NCBI GenBank assembly: GCA_037138755.1
Contig: JBAXHT010000001.1
Coordinates: 31,805 to 95,804, forward strand
Direction of reading: 5' to 3'
From: Armatimonadota bacterium
GTDB taxonomy: Bacteria > Armatimonadota > Fimbriimonadia > Fimbriimonadales > Fimbriimonadaceae
DNA: 64,000 bases
The position numbers were made by a program, and so were the translations under genes. Below, piece after piece: positions 1 to 10,483 of the stretch. Position 1 is the stretch's first letter, and each line of letters opens with the position of its first letter. Under the pieces are notes generated by a model that worked only from the letters and a program-made list of their open reading frames with translations, ran no database searches and was not told the DNA's origin.

Positions 1-147
1 ACTATCGGTGGTGACCCAGAACTGGTGGCGAGTAGACGGAGCTGCTTTCATCTCCCGAAAGACTTGACGACGCACCTGCCGAGCTCAAAAAAACACTGAA
101 CTCCTGTCTAAACTTTGCGTTTCGACGGGTTAGCGGAGTTTTTTGAA

Positions 148-888
148 ATGAAAATTGCTCGACACCTACTCGTTTTTTCTCTCGTTGTTGTCACCTCGTT
201 GGCACTCGCCCAAGGCGGAGGCGGCCAAGGCCGTGGCCAGGGACGCGGCGGCTTCGGCCAGGGCCGAGGCGGACAGATGTCCCAGCTCTCGCTCTTGATG
301 ATGCCCGCCGTCCGCAAGGACCTCGACCTCTCAGAAGAGCAAATTACCAAGGTTGAAGCTCTCCAGCCTAAGCGCGGGCAGGGCGGCGCGGGCGGCGGTC
401 AACGCGGCCAAGGCGGAGCGGGGCAGGGACAAGGTGGCGGACAGCGACAGGGTGGAGGCGGTCAGGGCGGACAGCTCACCGATGAGCAACGCGCGGCCAT
501 GCAAGAAGCAGCGAAGAAGAGAGCCGAAGAGCAGAAAGCTGCCATAGCGGCAATCCTGAGCCCAGCCCAGGTCACCCGACTCAGCGAGATCGGCTACCAA
601 ATCCAAGGCAACATGGCAATCCTCTCAGCCGATACTCAAAAGGCACTTGGACTTGACGAAAAGCAAATCGCGTCGATCAAAGAGTTGCAAACAAAACAAC
701 AAGAAGCGATGCAGGCTTTGATGGAGAAAGCCCGCAACCAGGAGCTGACCATGGAAGAGCTTCAGGAAAAGCGGACCAAAAATACCGACATCATGAAGGC
801 TGAACTTGGCAAGATTCTCAAAGCCGACCAAGCCGCTAAGCTGAAGGCCATGGGCGGCACCAAGCCGTTCGTCGCTGATCCAGCCTAA
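148..888 (+). CDS. Secreted Spy/CpxP-like (LTxxQ-type) helical protein with Gly/Gln/Arg low-complexity linkers
   Basis: ATG 148 gives the signal peptide MKIARHLLVFSLVVVTSLALA. LSEEQ/LTDEQ/LSPAQ/LDEKQ/LKADQ helical repeats and GGQGRG-rich tracts follow. The ORF-track start at 115 looks over-extended. Confidence 0.6.
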   Translation: MKIARHLLVFSLVVVTSLALAQGGGGQGRGQGRGGFGQGRGGQMSQLSLLMMPAVRKDLDLSEEQITKVEALQPKRGQGGAGGGQRGQGGAGQGQGGGQRQGGGGQGGQLTDEQRAAMQEAAKKRAEEQKAAIAAILSPAQVTRLSEIGYQIQGNMAILSADTQKALGLDEKQIASIKELQTKQQEAMQALMEKARNQELTMEELQEKRTKNTDIMKAELGKILKADQAAKLKAMGGTKPFVADPA

Positions 889-903
889 GCGAGGTCAACA
901 AAA

Positions 904-945
904 GAAAGGAGCTGGAGATTCAAGTTCTCCAGCTCCTTTCTCTTT
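904..945. terminator. Bidirectional intrinsic terminator
   Basis: Perfect 15-bp stem GAAAGGAGCTGGAGA (904-918) / TCTCCAGCTCCTTTC (926-940) with a 7-nt loop and A/T-rich flanks, between convergent genes. Confidence 0.85.
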
Positions 946-959
946 CCGGGTCGCACCTG

Positions 960-2051
960 CTAAACGTTGAAAAGGAATTCCATCACGTCGCCTTCCTGAA
1001 CGACGTAAGCCTTCCCTTCCGCCCGTAGCACGCCCTTGTCTCGGGCGACTGACTTCGAACCACACTCGACCATGTCGCCGTAAGCAATCGTCTCGGCCCT
1101 GATGAACCCTCGCTCAAAATCAGAGTGGATCACACCCGCCGCTTGAGGAGCAGTCATGCCTTTGGTGATCGTCCAAGCCCGAGTTTCCTTCGGGCCGCAG
1201 GTGAAGTAGGTTTGAAGACCAAGCAGATCGTAGGTGGTGCGAATCAAGCTCTGAAGTCCGCCTTCCTTAACTCCAAGGCTCTCCAAGAATTCTTGGCGAT
1301 CCTCCTCGGGAAGCTCGATGAGCTCCGACTCAACCTGAGCTGAGATCACGATGACTTCGGCACCTTCCTTCTTCGCGATCTCGCGAACGGAGGTGACGTA
1401 GGAGTTGCCCGCTGCAAGGTCGTCCTCATTAACGTTTGCCGCGAAGATGATCGGCTTGCGAGAAAGCAGTCCAAGTGGCTTGATAGAGGCGGCTTCGTCT
1501 TCCGTCAAAGCAACACTTCGAGCAGGCTGGCCGTCCTGAAGCGCCGGCACAATCTTCTCCAAGGCATCGACCTCGATCTGAGCTTCTTTCTTGGTTCGGA
1601 CGTCCTTACGAGCGCGCTCCAGCCTGCGCTCGGCTTGAGCCATGTCGGCCAGAATCAGCTCCATATTGATAATCTCGATATCTCTCACCGGGTCGATTGA
1701 GCCTGCGACATGGATGATGTCGTCGTTATCAAAACACCTAACAACGTGGATGATCGCATCGACTTCGCGGATGTTGGCCAGGAACTGGTTCCCCAGCCCT
1801 TCGCCTTGGGACGCGCCCTTTACGAGCCCCGCAATGTCAACAATTTCCAGCCGCGCCGGAATTACGTTTTCCGATCCCGCAAGTTTAGCGAGAACCTCCA
1901 GCCGAGCATCGGGAACGCTCACCAATCCGGTATTGGGTTCTATCGTGCAGAACGGAAAGTTCGCGGCTTGCGCCTTACTGTTGGCAACAACCGCATTAAA
2001 AAGCGTCGACTTTCCGACGTTTGGCAACCCTACATTTCCGGCTCTGAGCAT
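960..2051 (-). CDS. ychF: Redox-regulated ATPase YchF (Obg family)
   Basis: GLPNVGKSTLFNA, NFPFCTIEPN, DIAGLVKGAS.GEGLGN.FL, and C-terminal TGS-like RAWTI...APQAAGVIHSDFERGFIRAE. Start set at ATG 2051. Confidence 0.97.
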   Translation of the reverse strand: MLRAGNVGLPNVGKSTLFNAVVANSKAQAANFPFCTIEPNTGLVSVPDARLEVLAKLAGSENVIPARLEIVDIAGLVKGASQGEGLGNQFLANIREVDAIIHVVRCFDNDDIIHVAGSIDPVRDIEIINMELILADMAQAERRLERARKDVRTKKEAQIEVDALEKIVPALQDGQPARSVALTEDEAASIKPLGLLSRKPIIFAANVNEDDLAAGNSYVTSVREIAKKEGAEVIVISAQVESELIELPEEDRQEFLESLGVKEGGLQSLIRTTYDLLGLQTYFTCGPKETRAWTITKGMTAPQAAGVIHSDFERGFIRAETIAYGDMVECGSKSVARDKGVLRAEGKAYVVQEGDVMEFLFNV

Positions 2052-2208
2052 ATTGGACACACGGCAAGACCTGAAGAGAGATCAAGCGAACCTACAGTTT
2101 ACCGCCCGATAACCCATGAAAGAAGATCACCGCGTTTTGCCAGAGTTTCGGCACTTGCACCCTACCCAGCGAACGGAAACCCGCCACAATGGAGTACAGG
2201 TAATTGCG

Positions 2209-2790
2209 ATGGGAATTCCTTACGTCATCGAACAAACAGCACGCGGCGAGCGAAGTTACGACATCTGGTCGAGGCTTCTCAAAGACCGAATCATCTTCTT
2301 GGGAACCGAGGTTGACGACTACATCGCCAATCTCCTGGTCGCCCAGCTCCTATTTCTTGAAAAGGAAGATCCGGACAAGGATATTGATTTCTACATCAAC
2401 TCACCAGGCGGATCGGTAACTGCCGGTCTTGCAATATACGACTGCATGCAGCACATCAAATGCGATGTAGCAACGATTTGTGTCGGCTCCGCAGCTTCAA
2501 TGGGAGCAGTTTTGCTCGCAGGTGGCGCGGCTGGCAAGCGTTATGCATTGAAGCATTCACGCATCATGATCCACCAGGTTTCGGCGGGCTTCCGAGGAAC
2601 TGCAGCAGACATCAATGTCCAAGCAGCGGAAATCAACCGGATGATGGACTCCCTCATGGGAATCCTGAGCCACCATACTGGTAAATCTGAGGAAGAGGTG
2701 CGGAAGGATTGTGACCGAGACTACTTTATGTCGAGTCCTGCGGCCGTTGAATACGGTCTCATCGACAAGGTCTTGGAACGCGCTCCATAA
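2209..2790 (+). CDS. clpP: ATP-dependent Clp protease proteolytic subunit
   Basis: [32 protein letters not shown], catalytic Ser in AASMG, His in IMIHQ, DRDYFMS. Start revised to ATG 2209. Confidence 0.97.
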   Translation: MGIPYVIEQTARGERSYDIWSRLLKDRIIFLGTEVDDYIANLLVAQLLFLEKEDPDKDIDFYINSPGGSVTAGLAIYDCMQHIKCDVATICVGSAASMGAVLLAGGAAGKRYALKHSRIMIHQVSAGFRGTAADINVQAAEINRMMDSLMGILSHHTGKSEEEVRKDCDRDYFMSSPAAVEYGLIDKVLERAP

Positions 2791-2817
2791 ACCGATATAG
2801 TTAAAGTAGGCACCTGA

Positions 2818-4137
2818 ATGGCGAAGATTCCCGAACGAAGAGATCAATGTTGCCTCTGCGGCAAGCAGAAAGAGCAAGTACGAAAACTAATCGTCGGACT
2901 GCATGGCGCAGTCTGCATCGATTGTATTGACCTTTGCAACGACATCCTTCATACGGATACTGAACCTCGCGCTTCTGGTGCCAGAGCCGCCGCCGCGGCT
3001 GCAGCTGCTCCGGTGGCTCAGCCAATGGCCCCCGTCCGCTCGCATTCGGGCGTACCCAAGCCCCGCGAAATCGTTAACTACTTGGACTCCTATGTCGTCG
3101 GCCAAAGTCACGCCAAAAGAGCACTGTCCGTTGCGGTCTATAACCACTTTAAGCGCGTGAGCGAAAAGGGCAAGGGGAACAGCGATGTCGAGCTCCAGAA
3201 GAGCAACATCCTCATGGTCGGTCCTACCGGCTCAGGCAAGACTCTACTGGCTCAGACTTTGGCAAAAATGCTCAACGTCCCGTTTGCAATCGCAGACGCA
3301 ACGGCTCTAACCGAAGCTGGCTATGTCGGCGAGGACGTTGAGAATATTCTTCTTAAGCTCTGGCAAGCCGCAGATGCAATGGATCCTAACAACACGAAGG
3401 AGCTTTGTGAGCGGGGCATCATTTACGTCGATGAAATCGATAAGATCGGGCGCAAGAGCGATAACCCGTCGATCACACGTGACGTCTCCGGCGAAGGCGT
3501 TCAGCAAGCACTCCTGAAAATCCTTGAAGGCACGACTGCAAATGTCCCCCCCGGAGGAGGCCGAAAGCACCCTCAGCAGGAGTACATGCAGATCGATACG
3601 TCGAACATCCTGTTCATCTGCGCCGGAGCTTTTGAAGGCATTGAAGACCTGATTCGTCGCCGAATGAAGGACAACACGATGGGCTTCCGCTCGAACCCGA
3701 GCGGTAAGAAGGAAGAAGTTGTCGACGTTTTGCAGGGACTGCTGCCAGAGGACTTGCTCAAGTTCGGCTTGATTCCAGAGTTCATCGGTCGACTCCCGGT
3801 CATCGCAACGCTCGACGTTCTGGACGAAGATGCCCTCATCAAGATTCTCAGCGAACCTCGCAATGCGATTCTCAAGCAGTACACCCGCTTCTTTGAACTC
3901 GATGGAGTCGATCTCGTGGTCGAGCCAGCCGCTCTTCGCGAAGTCGCCCGAGAGGCGATGAAGCGAAAGACGGGTGCCCGTGCGCTAAGAGCGATCATTG
4001 AAGGCGTCATGATGGACGTGATGTACGAAGTCCCTTCGAACGAGGACATCAAGCGAGTCATCCTCCCCGCTGGAATCATTGATCACAACGCTCACCCAAT
4101 CCTGCTCAGTGAGTCAGATCTACTAAAGGCAAGCTAG
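2818..4137 (+). CDS. clpX: ATP-dependent Clp protease ATP-binding subunit ClpX
   Basis: N-terminal C4 zinc finger, Walker [51 protein letters not shown] loop; directly follows clpP. Confidence 0.97.
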   Translation: MAKIPERRDQCCLCGKQKEQVRKLIVGLHGAVCIDCIDLCNDILHTDTEPRASGARAAAAAAAAPVAQPMAPVRSHSGVPKPREIVNYLDSYVVGQSHAKRALSVAVYNHFKRVSEKGKGNSDVELQKSNILMVGPTGSGKTLLAQTLAKMLNVPFAIADATALTEAGYVGEDVENILLKLWQAADAMDPNNTKELCERGIIYVDEIDKIGRKSDNPSITRDVSGEGVQQALLKILEGTTANVPPGGGRKHPQQEYMQIDTSNILFICAGAFEGIEDLIRRRMKDNTMGFRSNPSGKKEEVVDVLQGLLPEDLLKFGLIPEFIGRLPVIATLDVLDEDALIKILSEPRNAILKQYTRFFELDGVDLVVEPAALREVAREAMKRKTGARALRAIIEGVMMDVMYEVPSNEDIKRVILPAGIIDHNAHPILLSESDLLKAS

Positions 4138-4147
4138 GAGGATACGT

Positions 4148-5392
4148 CTGAGCTCGGAAGGACTAGCCACCACCGAAAGACCGGGTAGATCAACGAAGTT
4201 CTGCCCACAGCTAACGTCAGCTCGGTTCTTTGCCGCAGCTGTCGTTGTGCTTTATCACTACCACAAAGAGCTTTCGCCTCTGATGCCAGATGGTTCAGCG
4301 ACGGTGTTCCGGAACCTTATTGATCGTGGCTTTGTGGGAGTCACGTTTTTCTTTGTACTGAGTGGCTACATTCTTTCGCTCAACTACCTCGATAAGTTCA
4401 AGTCCAAAGCTGTCAGCCTGTCGTCATTTTTCGTTGCGCGTTTTGCTAGGATCTATCCGCTGTACATCGCTTCGGTCATCTTCTGCATCCCATACGTTTT
4501 CACAAATCCCGCCCTTTCCCCTCACGGGCAGGATATTATCAACCTCCGTGCACACCCGTTTTCTGCTTCCCTGATGTATTTATTGGGAGCTGAGTCTCAC
4601 TGGCCCGCCGAGGTCGGACGATTAACAGTTCTTCCATCGTGGTCAATCAGCACCGAGTTTTTTTTCTATCTACTCTTCCCTGCTTTTGCTTGGCTTGTGG
4701 CCCGGTTAACGCGTCGTCACGCTCAGGTTGGCCTTGTCCTCGTCGCTCTTTGGTCTCTGGCGATAGCTGTCGTTTTTCAGTTCGCTGCGCTTTCAAAAGT
4801 TCTCTTCTTCATCCCTCCCGAACGGGTCGCGGTGATCAACGATTTTGTGTTCCAAAAAATGTCCTCGGGAATCCATTCCAACTGGCCTCTATTTGCGATT
4901 GGGATGCTGACTTACAAAGGCTTTGAAGGGGAGCTGTCTCCTGTAATGCGAAAGTGGTTGCCCCGACTTCTACTTTTCTTCTGGATCACGACGCCGGTTT
5001 GGTACGCCTTACAGCCAAGGTTTATCTTCAGCGATATGTTCTTTATGACAAAGCTGTTTGATTCACTTCCTCTCTGCGTGCTCACGATCATGTGGTTGCA
5101 TAAAGGTAGCGGAAGTTTGCACTCTTGGCTCGGGAACAAGACCCTCGTCCTGCTGGGAGAAATCAGTTTTGCCCTGTACTTAGTTCATTCGCCGGTACGG
5201 CTTGCGGGGAGGTTTTTCGTAGCCCAACGACTGGGGATTCAGGAGGCCTCTCCATTGTTTTACGTTCCCATGTGGGCCATCTCACTTCTGCTATCTTGGG
5301 TCGCCTGGAAGTACATCGAAGTACCTGCCCGCAGCGCGATCCTCGGGGCGTGGAAGCGAAAGCAAGCCGAGAGACAGCCCTCGACGGTATAA
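4148..5392 (+). CDS. Acyltransferase family 3 (OafA/YrhL-like) membrane O-acyltransferase
   Basis: Family motifs GVTFFFVLSGYIL, ARFARIYPLY, WSISTEFFFYLLFP, LGEISFALYLVH, IEVPAR. The frame is open upstream of GTG 4247 and encodes PQLTSARFFAAAVVVLYH. Proposed start is CTG 4148, 6 nt after AGGAGG; the start is uncertain. Confidence 0.85.
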   Translation: MSSEGLATTERPGRSTKFCPQLTSARFFAAAVVVLYHYHKELSPLMPDGSATVFRNLIDRGFVGVTFFFVLSGYILSLNYLDKFKSKAVSLSSFFVARFARIYPLYIASVIFCIPYVFTNPALSPHGQDIINLRAHPFSASLMYLLGAESHWPAEVGRLTVLPSWSISTEFFFYLLFPAFAWLVARLTRRHAQVGLVLVALWSLAIAVVFQFAALSKVLFFIPPERVAVINDFVFQKMSSGIHSNWPLFAIGMLTYKGFEGELSPVMRKWLPRLLLFFWITTPVWYALQPRFIFSDMFFMTKLFDSLPLCVLTIMWLHKGSGSLHSWLGNKTLVLLGEISFALYLVHSPVRLAGRFFVAQRLGIQEASPLFYVPMWAISLLLSWVAWKYIEVPARSAILGAWKRKQAERQPSTV

Positions 5393-5393
5393 T
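5388..5393 (+). promoter_or_regulatory. Putative -10 box for tRNA-Gln
   Basis: TATAAT overlapping the acyltransferase stop codon, 12 nt upstream of the tRNA. Confidence 0.5.
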
Positions 5394-5405
5394 CGTAGTC
5401 TGCGT

Positions 5406-5479
5406 TGCCCATTCGTCTAATGGCAGGACGACGGTTTCTGGTACCGTTAATCGTGGTTCGAATCCACGATGGGCAGCCA
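5406..5479 (+). tRNA. tRNA-Gln (anticodon CTG)
   Basis: Acceptor stem TGCCCAT/ATGGGCA, anticodon arm ACGGT-TTCTGGT-ACCGT, T arm CGTGG-TTCGAAT-CCACG, encoded CCA. Confidence 0.95.
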
Positions 5480-5526
5480 CTCTTTTTAGTTAGCAGATCG
5501 CATTTGTGAACAACCTGCTACGAAGT

Positions 5527-6012
5527 TCAGAACCAGTTATTCTTCCCATCGCCGCCCAACCCCTGAACCACGTTGAGCTGACCGTTGTGATAGTTGGTGT
5601 GGATCGCTACAAACTGGGCGACCCAATATGCTGGCTTCGGGCCAAAGAATGATTCTCGTGTCGAGAGCATGTCTTCCTCCGACATTCCTTCGACAACACT
5701 GCGAACTTCGGAGACGGATGACTTAAAGGCTTCCAAGGCATCGGCGTGAGTGAGCGACGCTGGTGCGACGATAAACTTGTTCTCGTCGTGATCCTGCGCA
5801 CCAAAAAGCGCATTTGGGTCCTCGCCGCGAAGCTGACAAGCAATTCCTCGGTTCACAATCGTCACCTCGTGAACATAGTCAATCGGACGTCGAGCAGCTC
5901 CGCCCGGAGAGGTCATCACCTGCTGCTCCGAAAGCAATTCCAAATCCCGGGCGAAAAAGCCACCCATGGAGTCGAGAAGGTCTAAAGTGCACTGTTTGAT
6001 CGATGCGGACAT
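5527..6012 (-). CDS. DinB superfamily protein
   Basis: 161-aa four-helix pattern with the His motifs DYVHE and HTNYHNGQL. Confidence 0.8.
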   Translation of the reverse strand: MSASIKQCTLDLLDSMGGFFARDLELLSEQQVMTSPGGAARRPIDYVHEVTIVNRGIACQLRGEDPNALFGAQDHDENKFIVAPASLTHADALEAFKSSVSEVRSVVEGMSEEDMLSTRESFFGPKPAYWVAQFVAIHTNYHNGQLNVVQGLGGDGKNNWF

Positions 6013-6046
6013 GCTGGGAAGGGTATCACATTCGTAGAGTCAATCA

Positions 6047-7561
6047 ATGAAGATTAAGAAGCTGCTTGTCGCTAACCGGGGAGAAATCGCAGTTCGAGTG
6101 TTTCGAACTGCAAAAGCGATGGGAATTCCAACCGTCGCGGTGTACTCCGATGCCGACAAAGACGGCATTCATGTCAGCCTCGCCGACGAAGCCATCCACA
6201 TCGGTGGCTCAGCACCTTCCGAAAGCTATCTTCGGATCGACGCGATTCTTGACGCATGTGCTCAAACCGGCGCCGACGCAGTTCACCCTGGCTACGGATT
6301 CCTCTCTGAGCGTGACGAATTCAGCGAGGCCTGCGAACGAGCCGGGATCAAGTTCTTAGGACCACCCGCCGAGGCAATGCGGCGGTTAGGCGGGAAAATC
6401 GAAGCAAAAACTCTTGCCGTCGAAAGTGAAGTGCCAATCACTCCCGGTTTCTTCGAACCAGGTGCAACCGACACCGCCCTACAAGCCGCCGCAGACAAGA
6501 TTGGCTACCCCGTTATGCTAAAGGCGTCGGCCGGTGGCGGAGGGCGTGGGATGCGAATCGTTCGGACTCCCGCTGAGTTCTCAGACGCGCTCGCTCTTGC
6601 CAAAGACGAAGCCGCCAAAGGCTTCGGCGACGATGCGATGATGGTCGAAAAACTCGTCGTCGATCCTCGGCATATCGAAGTTCAGTTCGTGGCCGATTCC
6701 CACGGTCAAGTAGCCTGCTTGTTCGAGCGAGAATGCTCGATCCAACGGCGGCACCAAAAGCTTGTCGAAGAGGCCCCCTCGGCACTTCCGCTCAATCCGC
6801 CGAAGAGTTTCGACTGGGATGCGATGCAGCAATCTGTACGGCGGCTGGCTCTCGCGGCTGGGTACGTTGGAGCGGGAACCGCGGAATTCATGGTGGACCG
6901 AGAGACCGGCGAGTTCTACTTCCTTGAAGTCAATGCCCGCCTCCAAGTCGAGCACCCAGTTACCGAAGCCATCACCGGTCTGGATCTCGTTGAACTTCAA
7001 ATCAGAGTCGCACAAGGCGAGAAGCTGGATATCGATCCGCGACTTATCAACGGTGACCGAGCCGCATTGAATGGACACTCGATCGAAGTCCGCATCGTCG
7101 CCGAGGACCCCGCGGCTGGATTCATGCCGTCCATCGGCAAAATTATCGGCTGGGCTGAGCCGCGCCACCCAGGGATTCGGTTCGACACTGGCTTTGCCGC
7201 TGGAAAGGAAGTCTCTCGATTCTATGACTCGATGATCGCAAAGGTGATCGCCCACGGTCCAACCCGCGAAGCCGCTCGAAAGCGACTCATTGCCGCATTG
7301 CACGATTTCCATGTCCTCGGAGTCAAAACCAACGTCGGCTACCTCATCGACGTGCTGGAGCATCCGGGATTTTTAGCCGGCACAATCGACACCGGTTTCC
7401 TTGCCCGCGAGTTCGCTGACTGGACTCCCCCTGCCCCACCCTCCGAACTCGCCCTCATCGCCGAGAAAGCCACTGGGCAGGCTCAAACGAAAATTGAAGG
7501 AAATAGCGCCAAAGGCGCATGGGCTCAGGCGGACGGTTGGCGAGTTTTCGCGCTAAAGTAG
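6047..7561 (+). CDS. Biotin carboxylase subunit of an acyl-CoA carboxylase (no fused biotinyl domain)
   Basis: KLLVANRGEIAVR, HPGYGFLSE, KASAGGGGRGMR, ERECSIQRRHQKLVEEAPS, EVNARLQVEHPVTE, YDSMIAKVI. Confidence 0.92.
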   Translation: MKIKKLLVANRGEIAVRVFRTAKAMGIPTVAVYSDADKDGIHVSLADEAIHIGGSAPSESYLRIDAILDACAQTGADAVHPGYGFLSERDEFSEACERAGIKFLGPPAEAMRRLGGKIEAKTLAVESEVPITPGFFEPGATDTALQAAADKIGYPVMLKASAGGGGRGMRIVRTPAEFSDALALAKDEAAKGFGDDAMMVEKLVVDPRHIEVQFVADSHGQVACLFERECSIQRRHQKLVEEAPSALPLNPPKSFDWDAMQQSVRRLALAAGYVGAGTAEFMVDRETGEFYFLEVNARLQVEHPVTEAITGLDLVELQIRVAQGEKLDIDPRLINGDRAALNGHSIEVRIVAEDPAAGFMPSIGKIIGWAEPRHPGIRFDTGFAAGKEVSRFYDSMIAKVIAHGPTREAARKRLIAALHDFHVLGVKTNVGYLIDVLEHPGFLAGTIDTGFLAREFADWTPPAPPSELALIAEKATGQAQTKIEGNSAKGAWAQADGWRVFALK

Positions 7562-7565
7562 AAGG

Positions 7566-10481
7566 ATGCGGGTCATTGGTTGGGGACTTGGATGTGCTGT
7601 TCTGAGTGCCGGGCTGTGTCTTCCTCTGAGTGCTCAGACCACTAATCAAAAGCCATCTTCAAATTACACGGTTGACGTAGCTCCCATTATGAAGGCGAAC
7701 TGCCTAAGCTGCCACACCGGAAAAGACTCGAGCGCGAACCTCGATCTCTCAAAGCCAGAGGTGGTGAAGGCCAAAGTCAATGTTATTCTTCAGCGCATGC
7801 GCGGTGAAGGCGGCAAGCCGCTAATGCCCTTGGGTTTCAAGGCAGTACCGAAGGAGAAAATCGCCAAAATAGAAGAGTGGGCCAATTTCGGCGCACCAAT
7901 CGGAGGACCGAAGAAGCTGCATTGGGCATACGTACAACCGGTTCGCCCCACCTCCAAACTCAAGTCAAATTGGATCGCAAACCCGATTGACGCATTCGTT
8001 CTCGAACAGCTTAACGTTGCGAAGTTAACGCCTTCCAAGCCAGCTCCCAAGGAAACCCTTCTCCGGCGGGTCTACCTCGACCTAATTGGGATTCCGCCAA
8101 CCGTAAAGCAGCTCGACGCTTTCCTCGGCGATACCCGCCCCGACGCTTACGAGCGAGTGGTAGATCAACTGCTGAAAAGCCCTCACTACGGCGAACGACA
8201 AGCCCGATTCTGGCTCGATTACGCCCGGTACGCCGACTCAAATGGTTATGAGAAGGACCTAACACGTCAAGCATTCCCGTTCCGAGATTGGGTGATCAAT
8301 GCGTACAACCAAAATATGCCGTTCGATCAGTTCACCATCGAACAACTGGCGGGAGACATGCTCCCCAATCCCACCTTGCAGGAACGCATCGCAACAGGCT
8401 TTCATCGAAATTCGATGTTTAACGAAGAAGGTGGCGTCGACCCTGCCGAGTCACAATTCAACACAATCATTGACCGGGTTTCAACTACTGGCACCGTATG
8501 GCTGGGAACCACAATTGGGTGCGCGCGATGCCACGACCACAAGTACGATCCATTTAGCCAACGTGACTTCTACAAGTCGTATGCCATATTCGGAAACACG
8601 GATTACCGTGTAGAAGGCGATTATAAGAAGACCTTCTCCGAGCTTTGGCGAGAGCCAAACATCAAAGTCGTCACCCCGGAGGTGGAGAGTCAAAGGGCGA
8701 AACTTGAGGCGAACGTTCGATCTGCGGAGGCTGACCTGAAAGCTGCGATCAACGCCAATTCCACTCAGTTTGATCGGTGGAAAAAGGAGCTGGCAACTCC
8801 AAGCCTTGCCGAATTCCCACTTCAACGCTCGGTCACCGCTGCAAACGGCACCACTCTAAATGGACTCCCAAATGGCTTTGTCGTCGCTTCCGGCACAAAC
8901 CCAAATCAGGAGAAATATGTTCTAGACTTTGGTGAGGTCCCAGCTGGCACGACCGCAATCCAGCTCGAGGTTGCTCCGATAAATGGGAAGGGAGTCGGTC
9001 GCTCCGGTAGCGACAACTTTGTTCTCACGGGAATTGAAGCTGAAGTGAGCGGATTAAAACAGAATTTTGACACTGCTCGCGCCGACTTCGTACAAGAGGG
9101 GCACAGCGCAGAAAGCACTGTCAACGGCAAAGGCTCGCCCGGATGGGCTGTCTATCCTCAGGGGAAAAAGGCCCATACCCTCGTCGCAAAATTTTCCAAA
9201 CCACTGCCTCCGGGGGACCTAACTATCAGGCTAAAAATGGAGAGCGTTTATGCTGGCCACAACCTCAGCTCTTTCCGAATCGGGCTGATCAAATCGGCGT
9301 TTCCATTTGTTGGCCTAGCAAGCGAGGATTCGCTCACAAATCCCGAAGTCGCCCTGCGAGAGTTCGCAGCTGGATCGGCTGAAATGCAGGCACCGTACCA
9401 AAAACTGCAAACTGCAAAGCGAGCCATCTCAGACTTTGAATCGACGATCCCAAATGCGATGGTCATTGCGGAGAAGCCGGGGGTCAAGGAGCTTAAAGCA
9501 CCTGTTCATCATCGCGGGGAGTATCTAAGCCCCGGCGAGATGGTCACAGCTGGTACGCCAACGATTCTTCCTCAACCCGCTCCCGGGACAAAACTGAACC
9601 GTTTGAACTATGCCAAGTGGCTCGTTTCATCTTCCAACCCCTTAACCGCAAGGGTTCAGATGAACCGAATCTGGGCGCAGTACTTCGGCAGGGGCATCGT
9701 TGCTACGGACGAAGACTTCGGGCTTCAAGGCTCGCTCCCGACTCACCCTCGACTGTTGGACTGGTTGGCGACGGAATTCATGGCAAAGAAGTGGGATATG
9801 AAGGCAATGCACCGCCTCATCGTCACGAGTTCCACCTATCGCCAATCCTCGGCCTCAAGTAAGCGGTTGCAGGAAAGGGATCCCGAGAACGTCTTGTTCG
9901 CTCGTGGCCCGAGGGTGCGAATGGACGCCGAAATGATCCGTGACAACGCTCTTGCCGCTAGCGGGATTCTCAACCCCAAAGTCGGTGGACCCAGTGTCAT
10001 GCCATACCAACCCGAAGGAATCTGGGGGATGGTTTACACGAACGAAAACTGGCGAGTGGCTCAAAACGATGACCGAAATCGGCGAGGTTTGTACGTCTTC
10101 ATTAAGCGTACTTCGCCCTATCCAAGTTTTATGGCGTTCGATGCCACTCCTCGGGAAGTGTGCGCAACCCGGCGTTCGAGGACAAATACCCCATTACAAG
10201 CGCTAACGTTGTTGAACGATCGCGCCTATCTCGAACCGGCTAGCGCACTCGGCGTGCGCATGGCGACAAACGGTGTGGCCTACGGATTCCGTTCTGCCAC
10301 TGGTCGCAAGCCCTCCGCGGGTGAGTTGAATGTCCTCAACCGAGCCCTCAGCCGTTTCAAAACCAAGTATGGTTCGAAACCGGAGCTTGCCAAGGCGCTG
10401 GGTGGAAACCCGACCACGGCGGCGTACACGATGCTGGGAAACGTCATCCTGAACCTCGACGAGACGATCACAAAGGAGTAA
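7566..10481 (+). CDS. PSD1/planctomycete cytochrome c protein (DUF1549 + DUF1553)
   Basis: Signal peptide, CLSCH heme motif, [53 protein letters not shown]...[17 protein letters not shown]. Confidence 0.92.
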   Translation: MRVIGWGLGCAVLSAGLCLPLSAQTTNQKPSSNYTVDVAPIMKANCLSCHTGKDSSANLDLSKPEVVKAKVNVILQRMRGEGGKPLMPLGFKAVPKEKIAKIEEWANFGAPIGGPKKLHWAYVQPVRPTSKLKSNWIANPIDAFVLEQLNVAKLTPSKPAPKETLLRRVYLDLIGIPPTVKQLDAFLGDTRPDAYERVVDQLLKSPHYGERQARFWLDYARYADSNGYEKDLTRQAFPFRDWVINAYNQNMPFDQFTIEQLAGDMLPNPTLQERIATGFHRNSMFNEEGGVDPAESQFNTIIDRVSTTGTVWLGTTIGCARCHDHKYDPFSQRDFYKSYAIFGNTDYRVEGDYKKTFSELWREPNIKVVTPEVESQRAKLEANVRSAEADLKAAINANSTQFDRWKKELATPSLAEFPLQRSVTAANGTTLNGLPNGFVVASGTNPNQEKYVLDFGEVPAGTTAIQLEVAPINGKGVGRSGSDNFVLTGIEAEVSGLKQNFDTARADFVQEGHSAESTVNGKGSPGWAVYPQGKKAHTLVAKFSKPLPPGDLTIRLKMESVYAGHNLSSFRIGLIKSAFPFVGLASEDSLTNPEVALREFAAGSAEMQAPYQKLQTAKRAISDFESTIPNAMVIAEKPGVKELKAPVHHRGEYLSPGEMVTAGTPTILPQPAPGTKLNRLNYAKWLVSSSNPLTARVQMNRIWAQYFGRGIVATDEDFGLQGSLPTHPRLLDWLATEFMAKKWDMKAMHRLIVTSSTYRQSSASSKRLQERDPENVLFARGPRVRMDAEMIRDNALAASGILNPKVGGPSVMPYQPEGIWGMVYTNENWRVAQNDDRNRRGLYVFIKRTSPYPSFMAFDATPREVCATRRSRTNTPLQALTLLNDRAYLEPASALGVRMATNGVAYGFRSATGRKPSAGELNVLNRALSRFKTKYGSKPELAKALGGNPTTAAYTMLGNVILNLDETITKE

Positions 10482-10483
10482 AC

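Noticed and set aside
1-110. Possible 3' end of an upstream gene, and a possible gene start at 63965
   Set aside because: Too little sequence to assign a frame or product
211-475. GGC/CAG-rich repetitive DNA
   Set aside because: It encodes Gly/Gln linkers in frame and has no repeat-spacer periodicity, so it is not CRISPR or a VNTR element
6581-7363. 260-aa minus-strand ORF, and similar ones at 20715-21458, 44754-45563, 52689-53516, 54501-55280 and 59446-60006
   Set aside because: Each is fully antisense to a well-supported gene and has no recognisable domain
6047-7561. Biotin carboxylase lacking a biotinyl domain, as a possible truncation
   Set aside because: Split BC and BCCP subunits are common, and no frameshifted biotinyl (MKM) domain follows
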